From the NCBI GenBank assembly GCA_965240325.2, contig OZ251239.1:1488001-1552000 (forward strand): a stretch of 64,000 nucleotides of DNA, given 5' to 3'. Of this stretch, positions 33,401-46,119 are shown one piece after another (the first letter of the stretch is position 1; each line of letters begins with the position of its first letter). The notes under the pieces are model-generated. The model saw only the letters and a program-made list of their open reading frames with translations. It ran no database searches and was not told the DNA's origin. This DNA is from Rebecca billardiae RCC1528. Taxonomy: Eukaryota; Protista; Haptophyta. Both the position numbers and the translations under genes were made by a program.

Positions 33401-35340
33401 ATGTTTGCGCCACGCGTTGCGCGTGCTCGCGCGCTGGCCGTGGTCGGCGTGGGAGCTGCGGCCATCGGGCTGCTGGGCCTGCTGCTCAGCTCGGGCCCCG
33501 GCCACGCGCCCGCTCCCGAGCTCACGCGCAGCCGCACCGCGACCCTGCCGACGCGGCGGCTGCCGACGCGCACGTCGGCCGCGCTGCCGACGCGCGCGGC
33601 GGGGACGCACCCGTTGCCGCGCGCGGCCGCACGGCCGAGCCCGAGCCCGTCGCCAAGCCCGAGCCCATTGCCCTCGCCACCAGCCGAGCAGGACGACTCG
33701 CCGCGCGCGCGCCGCGCGCGCGAGCGCGAGCGCCGCGCCGCCGAGCGGCGGCAGCGCTTCCACCACGAGCCGTCGCCGAGCCCGTCGCCGAGCCCGTCGC
33801 CGAGCCCGTCGCCCGCGGCCCGGCTGCCCACGGCGCGTCGTCGTCCGTCCAGACCCGCGCCCTCGCCCTCGCCCTCGCCCTCGCCCTCGCCCGCGCCCGC
33901 GCCCGCGCCCGCGCCCTCGCACGTGGCTCGTATCTCGGCGTCCGAGATCAACACGCACCTGCTCAGCTCGGAGGACTTCCTCAGGGCGCACCACCCGGGC
34001 GCGAGCGGCGCGCAGGCGAGCCGGCGCGCGCAGCTGTACCTGCGCGAGTCCAACCGCGTCGGCCGCGCCAACCAGCTCGCGCGCACGTGGAGCGAGACCG
34101 TCAACCGCTACTCGGCGCTCACGGAGGAGGAGAGGAGGCGAACGCTGGGCCACGGCGTGCGGCACGCGCCCAAGCACGGCACGATCCGCTCGACCAAGTA
34201 CCGGCACACGCTCGAGCCCGGGCTGCAGGCGAGGCGGGCGCCGGACGCGTGGGACTGGCGGGAGAAGGGCGTGGTCACGCCGGTGAAGGAGCAGGTGCGC
34301 GCGCGCCGCACGCGCCGTGCCGCCCGCGTTGCCGTGCGCGCCGGGCGGCGCCCCATGCCGAGGGCGCGCCGAAACGCGCTCGGCGCTCAGCACGCGGCGC
34401 CCGCCCGCACGCGCCCGCGCGTCCCACCGGCGCGGCGCGACGCGCGGCGCAGGGCTGGTGCGGCTCGTGCTGGGCCTTCGCCTCCGTCGAGGCGGTCGAG
34501 TCCGCGTGGGCGATCGCGCACGGCAAGGGCCGGCTGGCCGAGCTGGCCGTGCAGCAGGTGGTGTCGTGCGCGGAGGTGTACGGCTCGGTGCCGTGGTCCG
34601 AGCTCGCGGTGGTGAACGGCTCGGGCTGCTTCGGCGGGTACGACACCTCTGCGTACGACTACATGATCCGCGCCAAGTACGTCTCCACCGTCGTCGGCTT
34701 CCCGTACGTGAGCGGCATGCCGTGGCGGTTCCCGGGCGGGCTGCAGGGCGGCGCGCAGAACGGCCAGTGCCGCGGCCCCTACGACATCTGGCCGAGCCCC
34801 GCGGAGGCGGCGCAGGGGATCGTCGGCCCCGCGGTGGACCACGCCGACTGGGCGCCGTCGGCGATGACGTTCGGCGCGAGCGTGATCGGCTACGCCACCG
34901 TGCCGCGCTGCTCCGCCGTCGAGGCGAAGGCCGCCCTCGCGTTCAAGGGGCCGCTGGTCGTGGTGGTCGACGCGTCGCAGTGGCACTCGTACGACCGGGG
35001 CGTGTTCGACGGGTGCAGGCAGGACGCGCTCGAGCTGAACCACGCGGTGCTGCTCGTCGGGTACGGCACGGACGAGCGGCTCGGCGACTACTGGCTCGTG
35101 CGCAACAGCTGGGGCACGGCGTGGGGCGAGGACGGCTACATCCGGCTCAAGCGGACGGAGGGCGACCAGACGGCCGAGGGCGAGTGCACCAAGTGCGTCG
35201 ACCTGCGGCCGTGGGTGCCGGACGTGGACGCGGGCGCGTGCGCCACCGTGTGCGGCACGTGCGGGCTGCTCACGCAGCCGAGCTACCCGGTGGTCGGCTC
35301 GCTCGACATGCCGAGCTGGGACCCGAGCGATGCGCACTGA
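33401..35340 (+). CDS. Papain-family (C1A) cysteine protease with an N-terminal membrane anchor and (SP)n/(AP)n stalk; exons 33401-34294 and 34453-35340
   Basis: NRYSALTEEE (propeptide), DWREKGVVTPVKEQ|GWCGSCWAF, LNHAVLLVGYG and YWLVRNSWG..WGEDGY. Confidence 0.92.
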
Positions 35341-35823
35341 CGCATCAGACCGCGTGTGCGGCTCCGCAGCCGGCTCGGCTTAAGCGGCGCGCCCGCCGCG
35401 GAGCGTGCGCCGGGCGGCCTTGAGCTAGGTTGACGCAGTGACGACGGGTAGGGCGTAGGCCATCGGCGCAGGCGCTCTGTGCATGAGCCGCGCTCGAGCA
35501 AGCGCTTCGGAGCGGCGAGCTCGCGTCGCGCGTTCCAAGGCAGCTTGCACTCGTCGCCCGCTCTGACCAAGACGCGGGACTCGTACTGTATATCATTGTT
35601 AAAGGCGTGATTGACGCCATCCAACCCTGCACAAAGACACCGCCACAAAACAGACCGGTAGTAAATATCATGATGATGCACCAAAACTCCAAAAGGGTGA
35701 AAATGAAAAGGCGCATGCATGATCCAGATGATCCAATCATGATCGCCCACGCCCGCGCTGGAGCGCATCAAGCGCCCGCGCCGGTGGGCGAGATCTCGTG
35801 GCCCCCTCCCGCCTCCCACTGCG

Positions 35824-37281
35824 ATGCGGCGCGCGCTGGGCGCGCTCGCCGTGGCGCTGCTGCTCGGCGGGGCGGCGGCGAAGCCGAGCGAGCCGTCGGA
35901 TCCCGCCGCCCCGCCGCCCATCCCGCTGCCCTGGTTTCGTCTCTCGCGCAAGAACGCGTACGCGCTGCACCTGGTGACCACGCGCTTCTCGCTCAAGCAG
36001 GGCAACCTGACCGACCTGACCGAGGCGCGGCTGGCGCTGTTCCAGAGGGTGTGCCTGCCGACGATGGCGGCGCAGCTGGCGGACCGCTTCGTCTGGCTCA
36101 TCTACACCGACACCACGCTGCCCTGGCGCACGTGGGCGCGGATGCGCGCCATGGTCCGGCCGTGGCCGCACTTCCACGTGTTGCGCCGGCCGCCGACCGA
36201 CGAGCGCGAGTTCGGGCGGCGGCCGCGCGAGGTGCTGCTGAACGCGAAGCTGTGGACGCCCCCGCCCGGCGCGGCCGAGCTCGCCGAGGTCGCCACGATC
36301 TCCACGCGCCTCGACGCCGACGACGGCCTCGCCTCGGGCGCGGTCGCCGAGCTGCAGCGTCTCGCGGACGAGCGGCTGACGGCGGGCGCGCTGCTCGAGG
36401 AGCGCACGCTGTGCGGCGCGGCGTGCTGGGTGGACGCGCTCGAGTGGACGCCCGCGCTCGCGCGCGGGCTGGGCAAGCTCGCCCGCGTGCACACCTACGA
36501 CAGCCCGGACGCGTGCACCACGCCCGGGCTGACAGCGTTCGGGTGGGAGAACAACCGCACGCGGTGCACGGCGCACATGGCCAAGCACACGCGCTTCGGC
36601 AAGGCGGTGCGCGAGCTGAAGCAGATGAGCTCGAGCCCGCCGATCCGCACGCGCTCGGTCACCTCCAACTCGATGAGCGGGCTCGGCGCCGGCCTGCCCA
36701 CCGCCAGCGACACGCCCGCCGAGACGAGCCTGCGGCCGTACAACCTGACGGCGCACTCGCTCGAGGGCTGCGCGCAGCGGCTGCGCAAGAGCACGGCGCG
36801 GATCGCGCGCGACCAGCTCTCGCAGCGGTGCAACATGGGCTTCTCGTGCCGCGAGTCCGCGTCCAAGGTGCTCAGCCAGCTCGCCGCCGCCGACCAGCCC
36901 GCCGGCGCGCGGCCGCTGCCCGGCGCGCCGGCCAAGACGCGGCGGCCGATCTCGGTCAGAGGCGTCGGCGGCGGCGCGGCGCTGCCCGAGGCCGCCGACC
37001 AGCCCGCCGGTGCGCGGCCGCTGCCCGGCGCGCTGGCCAAGAAGAGGCGGCCGATCTCGCTCAGAGGCGTCGGCGCGTCGCTACTGCCCGAGAAGGCGCG
37101 GCTCAAGCGCGCCGGGCGGCGAGAGGCGGGCGCGGCCGGGCCGCCAGGCGCTGCGAGCGCAGCCGCGCTGCTGGAGCGGCGGCGAGGGCGGCGGGCGCGA
37201 GGGGCGGGCGAAGGGGCTCGGGCCGCCATCGACCTGTCCCCGTGGGGCGCGAACAGCAGCGCGCTCAGCTGGCGGCAATGA
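35824..37281 (+). CDS. Secreted or membrane putative glycosyltransferase resembling the putative rhamnosyl transferase family
   Basis: Signal peptide, LVTTRFS, RLALFQRVCLPTMAAQ...FVWLIYTD and TRLDADD (DxD). A 28-aa segment is duplicated near the C-terminus. Confidence 0.7.
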   Translation: MRRALGALAVALLLGGAAAKPSEPSDPAAPPPIPLPWFRLSRKNAYALHLVTTRFSLKQGNLTDLTEARLALFQRVCLPTMAAQLADRFVWLIYTDTTLPWRTWARMRAMVRPWPHFHVLRRPPTDEREFGRRPREVLLNAKLWTPPPGAAELAEVATISTRLDADDGLASGAVAELQRLADERLTAGALLEERTLCGAACWVDALEWTPALARGLGKLARVHTYDSPDACTTPGLTAFGWENNRTRCTAHMAKHTRFGKAVRELKQMSSSPPIRTRSVTSNSMSGLGAGLPTASDTPAETSLRPYNLTAHSLEGCAQRLRKSTARIARDQLSQRCNMGFSCRESASKVLSQLAAADQPAGARPLPGAPAKTRRPISVRGVGGGAALPEAADQPAGARPLPGALAKKRRPISLRGVGASLLPEKARLKRAGRREAGAAGPPGAASAAALLERRRGRRARGAGEGARAAIDLSPWGANSSALSWRQ

Positions 37282-37605
37282 CAGCGGCAGCGACGTGCGC
37301 GACGACTGCTCACGTGCACCGCTGCCTGACGTTGTCAGACTCAGCAGCGTGCAGCGTGAACGGTCGTCGTCGCCGTCACTGCTGCCGTCAGTGTCGCCAG
37401 GACGCGATGGTGCTGGCTGTTTGCGCACCTCGGGGACAGCCCGATGGCGGTTCGTACCTTGAAGCCGTGATGCGCCCATTGCTCCGCCGTCACCGTCATC
37501 AGACGCGGCACTCCCGGCATGGCAGCGCACTCGTTCTGCGGCCGCAGGCGGTGCCGCGCCGGCATCATTCAGATTTCAGTATTCCATCCGACTATTTCAC
37601 TATTT

Positions 37606-39082
37606 TGTTAGACTGAAGAAGAAGCGTGGGTGCTCCCTACCGCGCGTGTGGGCGATAGGTCCACCGGAAGCGACCAGGCGGGGCTAGGACCGCCCCGAAG
37701 GGGCGAGGCGGACGGGGTCACATCATCGGATGATGGGTCAGCCCCAGCCAGGCTGGAGTACCTGGCTCGGGGCTTGGGGCTGCCGAGATAGTAGTGAGAT
37801 CGTGCCTCCGCCGGTGGCGTGCGGGTAGATGCGGAAACTTACCCGCGACTCCTGTGGAACGGTGTCTTCGAGGACTGGTGCCCAGTCTGACACTCCTCCT
37901 CACCGACCACAGCGAGGTGCGGTGCCTGAGTGCGCGTGCGCGTGTGCGTAAGTGTGAGTGGGCGCGTAAGGCGAGCGTGCGTGTGCGTGCCCGACTGTCT
38001 AGCTGCCAAGCTGTCCGGAAGCTGCGAATCGCAGCAGCGATCGAGGGACGTCTGGAGTTGCTCGCGAATCCGTCCGAGCAGTCGTACTCCAGTGAATGGA
38101 CGCCTGCCGAGCTGGCTGACCAGGCTCGGGCTCGGCTCGGGCGTCGACGGGGGCGTGGTGCCCCAGGCAGTTGATCGAGCGATCGTGTGGTCGTGCCAGC
38201 TGCTGTGGACTTACCGAGATCCACCTGCCTGCTCCTCCTCGATGGGTCGCGTCGACGGCGACGGTGCACCACCGCGTGTGGGCTGGTGCAATGGGACATG
38301 GACTGGTCTCACGCGTAGAACCTTGTGTCGGCTTCGGCCGCAGAATGACGCTGCCTCGCAACCGCGTGTCACGAAGAAGCTGCACATAGCGAGCGCGGAG
38401 ATGATCGAGCGGCGCGCGGTGTCGATCGACGTGATCGTATCCGCTGTCGCCTAGTGAACGCGTAGATCGCGCCTCATCTCCTCCTTGCAAGCTGCTCGGC
38501 CATCTTGGCGGTCGAGGGCTGCATTCATGAAGTCAATCGACTTGGTGTCGAGACTCCTCCTGCATCTGAGCAGGGCGTGCGACTCGGCGCACGATGACGA
38601 CGCGAATGTCGTCGGAATGAGGTACGTCAGCACCTCCTCCTTGAAGGCTGCCGCGGTTGGGCTAGCCTGCCTTGGACCATCCGACTTGGATGTGAATCGT
38701 CTCGCGAGCTCGCAACGCGCGATGCGCGCGAGCGCGTTCCTTGCGCCAGCGAGGTCGGATCCGGTAACGAGCGCGTCTCGTTGCTGACTCCGATACCATG
38801 TTAGACTGAAGAAGAAGCGTGGGTGCTCCCTACCGCGCGTGTGGGCGATAGGTCCACCGGAAGCGACCAGGCGGGGCTAGGACCGCCCCGAAGGGGCGAG
38901 GCGGACGGGCTCACATGACGGATGATGGATCAGCCCCGGAGGCTGGAGTACCCGGCTCGGGGCTTGGGGCTGCCGAGATAGTAGTGAGATCGTGCCTCCG
39001 CCGGTGGCGTGCGGGTAGATGCGGAAACTTACCCGCGACTCCTGTGGAACGGTGTCTTCGAGGACTGGTGCCCAGTCTGACA
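37606..39082 (-). mobile_element. Non-autonomous LTR retrotransposon (TRIM-like), 1477 bp
   Basis: LTRs at 37606-37892 and 38799-39082 (TGTTAGACTG...CAGTCTGACA). 5-bp TSD TATTT at 37601-37605 and 39083-39087. Minus-strand PBS TGGTATCGGAG abuts the LTR at 38798 (tRNA-iMet type). PPT GGTGAGGAGGAG at 37893-37904. Confidence 0.95.
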
Positions 39083-40312
39083 TATTTGAACAGCTGCTCC
39101 GTGCTCGCCCGCCTCATGACCATGTCGTGATATATATATATATATGATATGACGCGACGATATACGCATTTATTTATATATATATAATGGCCCGCGGTGC
39201 AGGGCGGAGCGCGCGAGTGGAGCCGCCCGCACCAGCGGGCCCGAACAACGTTTCAAAAAGATCTTTGATCAAGAAAAAAGGGACGGGGGATACGATTTTC
39301 ATGGCTGGAGGAGACCGAGTTTCGAATTAAAATTTTGAGACCCTCTCTAACATGCATCACGGCCGAAAAAGGTCGCGCGGCACGGCAAGTTCATAGTAAA
39401 GCGTGGAGTGACGCCCGTCCAAAAAACTTCACGCCCTTTAGGATCCCTAACGTAACGAACCGTTACAAGCGATTTTTCCGGCCAATGAGATTGCAGCAAG
39501 GTCCAAGGAGCGATGACGTATCTAGATAGAGATTGCCGCGAACCGATGTGACCATGTACGTCCCTTGAATCAGTTGAATCAACTGCTATTCAATCGCGCC
39601 GTGTCTGTATCAGGAGCCGACGAGGCAAGGGTCAGTAGCCGATGGGCCAACCTCGGCGAATCTCAATACGATCTGACACCGGAGCGGGAGCCGGGGCGCG
39701 CGGGCCCGCGTTTTCTACGCCACGGCTGCGGCGAGACCGCGAGAGGATGAGGCGAGCTGACGAGCGACCGACGGGTGAGGACGGCGATGGGCAGGTGCGC
39801 GCGGCGAGTTGCGCCTGGAGCGCGCGGCTGCGGCGGGTCCCGACTGCCGTCGACATCGCGTTCGTGCCCCCGCTCACTGTCCGCGCGCCCCCGCCGCCCC
39901 GTGTCGATGCCTGCGCGCGGCCGCGCGCCGGTCGGCGCCTAGGCGCCCCGGCCGCGCCGCGGCAGCCGCCCTGTATTCGGGCTCTCGCAAGCTCGGGGGC
40001 AGCGGCGCCTGATGCCGGACTGATCTATCTCTGAGTCTTCGACTTCACCACGCGCCGCCCTTGCCATGCCTTTCCGGGGAGCGCCGACGATCCGAGTCCA
40101 TCGTCGACGGTCGACTCTGAGCGAGGGCTACGCCTCGGAACTGAACGGTACTCTACGAGGAGGACGAGCTGCGCGGGCGACGGTGGTGCGTGACGTCCCC
40201 AGAGCTGGCTGTGCCTCTGCAACGCGTGCCGAGCCTGATCGAGGTGTGTCAGCCCGTGCACGCGCGGCGTGCGCGAACGATCCGTGACTGGTACCCCGAG
40301 TCGCACCTCCTA

Positions 40313-42241
40313 CCAGGTCGTTCCCCCTGCACTGGGAATCCGCGGTTTGGACATACGAGAAAAACAGCCGCAGGACGCACCCGTCGCTACCCGCGAATAA
40401 GATTTTCAGGTCTCGCGGGTGCGGATGTGCGTCAATCGATGAGCTGGTCTCGCAATCCCAAAATTGAGCCGCAATGAGATAGATGGTGCAGGGAGCCCCC
40501 GGCCGGTGGCGGCTCGGCAGGCGAGGGCCGACCAAATCTTGACCTTTGCCCTCGGCGGCAGGGCGGGCAGGCGAAGGCGGCCGAGCGCCGTTGGCGGCCG
40601 GCGCGCCCGGGGCACGGCGCTGCGGGCGCGGATGTGCTCGCGGAGCCGGCTTGCGTGGACAGGCTGTTGCGGGAGAGTATATGGCGCCCTCCTGCGCCGC
40701 GCGTCTCGCGCCACGCCTCTTTTCGCCGCGGCTCAGGGCAGCGCGCACGCGCGCGCCGCCTCGGAGGCCAGGGCCGCACCGTGCCCGCGCCGCAGCCGCA
40801 ACCGCGCGCGCGCCGTGCGCGGCGTGGTCGGGAAGGAACGGGGGGTGCTGCCGGGCGAGATGACGACATCATGTGCGCACGCCATGCCGCCCCGCGGCGC
40901 CGCGAAAGGGCACGATAACGGATCCGCACAGCTGTTGACGAGTGCTGATTTCTTGTCGTGCCTGAAGCCAGACCTCGGAGCTCGAAGAAGATGATGAAAG
41001 TGCATCCGCGCGAGGAAAGCGTCGCACCCAGCACTTCTACACGACCACGTGGTGATGAACATTCATGTAAGAGTATCCCGCGTGCCCGCTTGGCACTGTT
41101 CTGTGTCTCAATGATCGTCCCGGCAAGGGTCACGACCGCGAGGCCGTGGCACACCATTCATAGTGTGACAACTCGAAGAGGCGTGCAAACGGACCAGCGA
41201 CACGCTCGGCAAGGCGTGGCGGGGCGGCATGGCGTGCGCACATGATATCGCCATCTCGCCCGGCAGCCGTGCCCGTTCCTTCCCGACCACGCCGCGCACG
41301 GCGCGCACGCGGTCGGCTGCGGCGCAGGCAAGGCTGGCCTTGAGGCGACGCGCCGCGTGCGCGCTGCCCTGAGCCGAGGCGAAAGAGGCGTGGCGCAAGT
41401 CGCGCGGTGCAGGAGGGCGGCAGATACTCTCCCACAACAGCCCGTCCACGCACGCCGGCTCCGCAAGCACATCCGCGCCCGCAGCGCCCTGGCCCGGGCG
41501 CGGCCCCCAGCGGTCACCGGACCGCGAGGCCGCGTGCACACCATTTGTGACAACTCGAAGAGGCGTGCAAATGGACCAGCGACACGCTCGGCAAGGCGTG
41601 GCGGGGCGGCATGGCGTGCGCACATGATATCGCCATCTCGCCCGGCAGCCGCGCCCGTTCCTTCCCGACCACGCCGCGCACGGCGCGCGCGCGGTCGGCT
41701 GCGGCGCAGGCCGAAGGCTGGCCCCGGAGGCGGCGCGCGCGTGCGCGCTGCCCTGAGCCGAGGCGAAAGAGGCGTGGCGCAAGTCGCGCGGCGCAGGAGG
41801 GCGGCAGATACTCTCCCGCAACAGCCCGTCCACGCACGCCGGCTCCGCAAGCACATCCGCGCCCCCCAGCGCCGGGCCAGCTGCATCGCACTCGCCGCCC
41901 GGCCGCAGGCGCAGGGGGCGGGTCAGAATCGGTGCTCCGCACCCGCGGGAGGGCTCCCGCCTCCGCGGTTGCACGCGAAGAACTCATTTCCAGCGCCTCG
42001 ATTTCGTGAGCGGACTATCGCTGACGAGGCTGATTACTGCGTTCCACGGCTTTGCCGCGCTCGGGATTTGGGTTCTCTAATGGATGGATGTACTTTCGTC
42101 ATTTTCAATTGGAAACCTCGATTAGATCGTTCAAGTGGTCTGATAGAGCAAGCGGAAGAATAAATCTGCGTTGCTATGCCGCGGCCTCGTGCTCTGAATA
42201 GTGCGAAACCGCGGATTCCCAGTGCAGGGGGAACGACCTGG
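40313..42241 (+). mobile_element. Non-autonomous TIR DNA transposon (TA TSD, about 36-bp TIR), short copy
   Basis: TA|CCAGGTCGTTCCCCCTGCACTGGGAATCCGCGGTTT...AAACCGCGGATTCCCAGTGCAGGGGGAACGACCTGG|TA. The interior holds three copies of a 280-390-bp module, one inverted. Confidence 0.92.
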
Positions 42242-42249
42242 TAGACCTC

Positions 42250-42558
42250 GGCACCGTGCTCCCTCGGGCTGTCAGCTCCGCGTGGCCTGGCGTGCACGTC
42301 GAGTTGCGCTCATGCGTCGATCACGCCTCGCGCCCGCCTGTCGGCCGTCGCGCAGGCGCTGGTCGAACCCTACTCGGACCAGTGCAAATCACCTAACTAT
42401 CCTGGCGCTGCTGGTGCGCGGTGACCCGCGGCGGGACAGCGGTCAGTCAGCAGCAGCGGCCCGAACGAATCCGCGGCCCCGCACCGTGCTCCCTGGCTGT
42501 CAGCTTCGCGTGGCCTGGCGTGCACGTGGAGTCGCGCTCATGCGTCGATCACGCCTCG
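42250..42558 (+). repeat. Imperfect direct repeat of about 80 bp (42250-42330 and 42481-42558)
   Basis: GCACCGTGCTCCCT..GGCTGTCAGCT.CGCGTGGCCTGGCGTGCACGT...GCGCTCATGCGTCGATCACGCCTCG occurs twice. Confidence 0.85.
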
Positions 42559-43296
42559 TCGCATCCGCCTGCATACACAATCGGCGCCGCGCCGGCGGCT
42601 CGGCGAAGTGCGCCGATGGGCCCGCGCCCCGGGCGCGGCGGGCGGCGGCGCGCCGCTGGAGTCTAGACTTTGTACGGGCATGCAACTCCGGGTCTGTCAA
42701 TAGACGACTGCGATGGAGGGTGCACCGCCACCGCGGGCCCTGAACTACGTTCGTTCTACGGAAAAGGACCGCGGAACGCGGTCATAATAGTTGATTTATT
42801 TATATTCATCACGCAGCTAAGAATAATTCGTCGCGTTATATATATCGTCGACGTCGTGATGAGATATGTACGTATAGCAGCTAACATCTGATAGCAGCAA
42901 GGGCCACCACGTAGCCTGCAGCATCACGTCTGACAGTAAGTCAACTGCCGCGGGTCACGACTCACGGCGGTAATAATCGCTGCCGCGCTAACGACTCACG
43001 ATCGCCGTCCGCGCCGAGTGACGATTGAGCCACTGCGGTCGCCGTCGTCCAGTGCGAGGCAGTGGCTCCGGCTCGCGGGCCCACCAATGCGGGTAGCACT
43101 CGTCATACACCCATGACTCCCGTGCCAGCCGCCTGCGCCCTCATGCCAGTGGCGGCTGGCTGCCAGCGTGACATGCCGTGCCTGGCATCCGCGGCACGGG
43201 ACGGTCGGCAGAGCGCGCGGGCGCCGAGGCGCACGCAGCACGCGGCCACGCTGCAGCCCTCCGCCGCCCGCCGAGCGGCGCCCACCTCCGCGGGCC

Positions 43297-43918
43297 TCAG
43301 CCCGCGGCCGCCTGGCCCGCAGCCGCCTGCGCCTGCTCCTTTGTGGTGAAGCTCTCCCCGCAGCCGCACGTGCCGGTGGCATTCGGGTTGTGGAACACAA
43401 ACTCGCTCGAGATCTCGTCCTCGACGAAGTCCATGATCGTGCCCACCACGTGCATCACCGCCTTGGGCTCGACGAAGACGGTGATGCCTGGCGCGCGGCG
43501 CGGCGTGCCAGCGGGAGGGGCTCGGTCAGAGAGAGCGCGCGGGGCGCGCAAACCGCGCGGCACGACGCACCATGGTCGGACACCTCCTCGTCCCTGGGCT
43601 GCTTTTGGTCGGCGTAGTTCATGGTGTACGACATGCCGTTGCATCCTCTCGACTTGATGCCCAAGCGCACGCCCGCGACACCCGGCTTGGCCTGCAGGAG
43701 CTCGGTGATTCGCTTCGCCGCCGCGTCTGTCTGCGCCCCATCGGCCAAGGAGACCGCGCGCACAGACCGCGTGCCGTCAGCAGCAGCCACGGGCGGCGCG
43801 CGCGGTGAGTGGCATGTGCAACGTGCGACGTGGCGCGCACCAGCTTCATCAGCGCGGGCCTCTCTCTCAACTTGGACAGCCGAGCCGCGCCCGCGACCAC
43901 CTTGCCGGCGGCGCCCAT
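43297..43918 (-). CDS. ISCA1: Iron-sulfur cluster assembly protein IscA/ISCA1; exons 43918-43841, 43730-43571, 43487-43297
   Basis: LTDAAAKRI, VRLGIKSRGCNGMSYTMNY, GTIMDFVED..SSEFVFHNPN and CGCGESF. Two frame-consistent introns. Confidence 0.93.
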
Positions 43919-44452
43919 GGGTCCAGCTTGGGGGCGGCTGACGCCCTTGCTCCCTGCACCTTCGGATGCGCGTCCGGACGTTCGTCACGCAGCTATCTCG
44001 ACCGACCGGGCCGGGGGCGGATGTGCATCCGGTGGTCACTGGCAAGGGAGTCACTCACTAGTCACTTTGTCAATTGTCAATCAGGCAGTCACACCTCCAG
44101 CCTGCTGATCTGAAATGCTGCCCTGCATGCACAGCGGATGAGTGCGAATGTGCTCGGCGTCTGACACTCGGTATGCGTTTCAAAAGCAACTTGGCACAGC
44201 CGCGCATGCCGATCGACGAGCAGCAGCACGCTATCGATCTACCGCTGTCGTCCAATATCCATCCAGCTGGTCAGAGTGCACTGGCTGACAATCCGACTCG
44301 CCTCGGACTCTGCGGCCAATGACCGTATCTCGGAGAGCGTCGCATCGCCGCGTCGCGGCCCGACCGCCAAGCGCCCAAATGCGGCAAGCGGCCCGGCGGC
44401 TAACCGAGTCGTCCCGGCGGCTGGCGGCCCGTCCGTGTCACACAGCCTGCGC

Positions 44453-45959
44453 TCAGCTCATGCTGCCAGACGCGGGTGCGTTAAAGGCCGCGTTCTTGAT
44501 GATCTGCGACATGAGCCCCTGGATGTGGTCCTTTGTCACCTTGGACGAGTCCCGGCAGATCTTGGTGAGCTGCGAGTCCTCCGCCTTGCTCGCGGACGTC
44601 TTGAGCCCGCCCGCGCCGCCCATGTAGTAGGAGCGGTTGTGCTGCACGAGCTGGCCCTCCGCCTGCTCGAGCTTGTCGGCAAGGTCGCGGATCTGCGAGT
44701 TCATGTACTCGGAGTTGGTCACGAGGGTGGAGGAGGAGAGTGTGTTGATCCAGTACTTGTTCCACAGCAGCGCGAGCAGGGACGCGTCCGTCGCCGACTT
44801 GAAGAAGGAGACCTCGAGCTGGTAGTACCTGCGCCGCGCGCGCACAACGCCGGGGCACGGGCGCGCGGCCAGCCGGGTGTGAGCGCACGGCGCGCGCGCG
44901 CCGCGGCGGCGGCGGCGGCTCGCCCCCGCGAGCCGTCCGCGCGCGCCCGCCACGGCGCGCACTCAACCGGGTCGCGCCTCCCGCGCTGCCGCCGCGCGCG
45001 CGCGGTGCGCAGCGGGCACAGACGCCGGCCGCAGCCACGCAGCCACGCGTCCCTCCGCGCGCGCACTGGTTCTGGTGCACGCCAAAGTCCTCGATCTTGG
45101 AGAGCGGGATGAACTGGTACTCGGACGGGCCCTCGTCCGGCGGCTTGTACCCCGCGGGGTACGTGCGGAACGCGCCGATCTCGACCTTCCCAGTCGAGCA
45201 CGTGCGCACCGGGTCGACCACGATCGCGAGGAAGGGCTCCTGGTACTGCTGGTTGAGCATCTGCGTGCTGCAGTCGATGCCCGACATCCAGCAGCCGTAG
45301 CCGGGGTGCGAGTGGTACCAGCCGACGACGTTCTCCTGCCGGGAGACCTCCTTCGAGACGGTGTTGTAGTCCACCATGTACTCGTACGCGTCCGCCTGCG
45401 CGCGCGCGCGCCGACGCCGCGCGCGCCGCGCGTGGCGCGTGGCGCGTGGCCCGGCGCGCGTCAGCACAGCAGCGCGGCTTGGCGCAGCGCGGCCCGGTCG
45501 CGCCGCGCGCACCTGCGCGTTGACGCGCGTCTCGGTGCCCTCCACGGGCAGCGCGAAGGCGTCCATCACGATGATCGTCGGCCCCTTCGGGTGGTTCGGC
45601 TCGATCTTGCCCTGCATCAGGCCCATCACCTCGAGCGAGCCGCCCGAGCGCGCATGCATCACCATCTTGATCAGCGCGAGCGCCGAGATCGACACGTGCT
45701 TGAAGTAGCGCGGGTCCTGCGTCCACGGCTTCTCGCTCATGTACTTCTGCTGCGTCGGGCCATCGTACGTGTAGATGCTGTCGATCGCCTGCACGCTATT
45801 CTCGATCTCCCATCGCTGCGCGGAACCGGCCGACGCGGCGCGCGGCGCGCGGGCGTAAGGCACGGCTCGCGCGCGCGCGCGCGCACGCGGGCCCGGCCGC
45901 TGGCGCTCGGCTCGGGCACGCACCTGCTGCGCCGATGCCGCCTGCGACGAGCTCGCCAT
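44453..45959 (-). CDS. CSN5: COP9 signalosome subunit 5 (JAB1); exons 45959-45924, 45815-45513, 45395-45067, 44828-44453
   Basis: [45 protein letters not shown] motif [23 protein letters not shown] and LWNKYW. Confidence 0.97.
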
Positions 45960-46119
45960 GCCCGCGCAGCGCCAGCGTCCGCGTCCGCGCGCCGCTGGAT
46001 GTGCGCTTGGGTGGCTGCGCGCCGCGCCTGGACTCGGCTTCCCGCGGTCCGCCGCGCCCGCTCGCCCGCTCTTGATCAGCTCAGCCAGCACGGCCGCCGC
46101 TCTCAGTGCAGCTTTCAGT

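Noticed and set aside
37893-38798. gag or pol remnants inside the TRIM
   Set aside because: Only short ORFs are present, with no zinc knuckle, protease, RT or integrase motifs recognisable.
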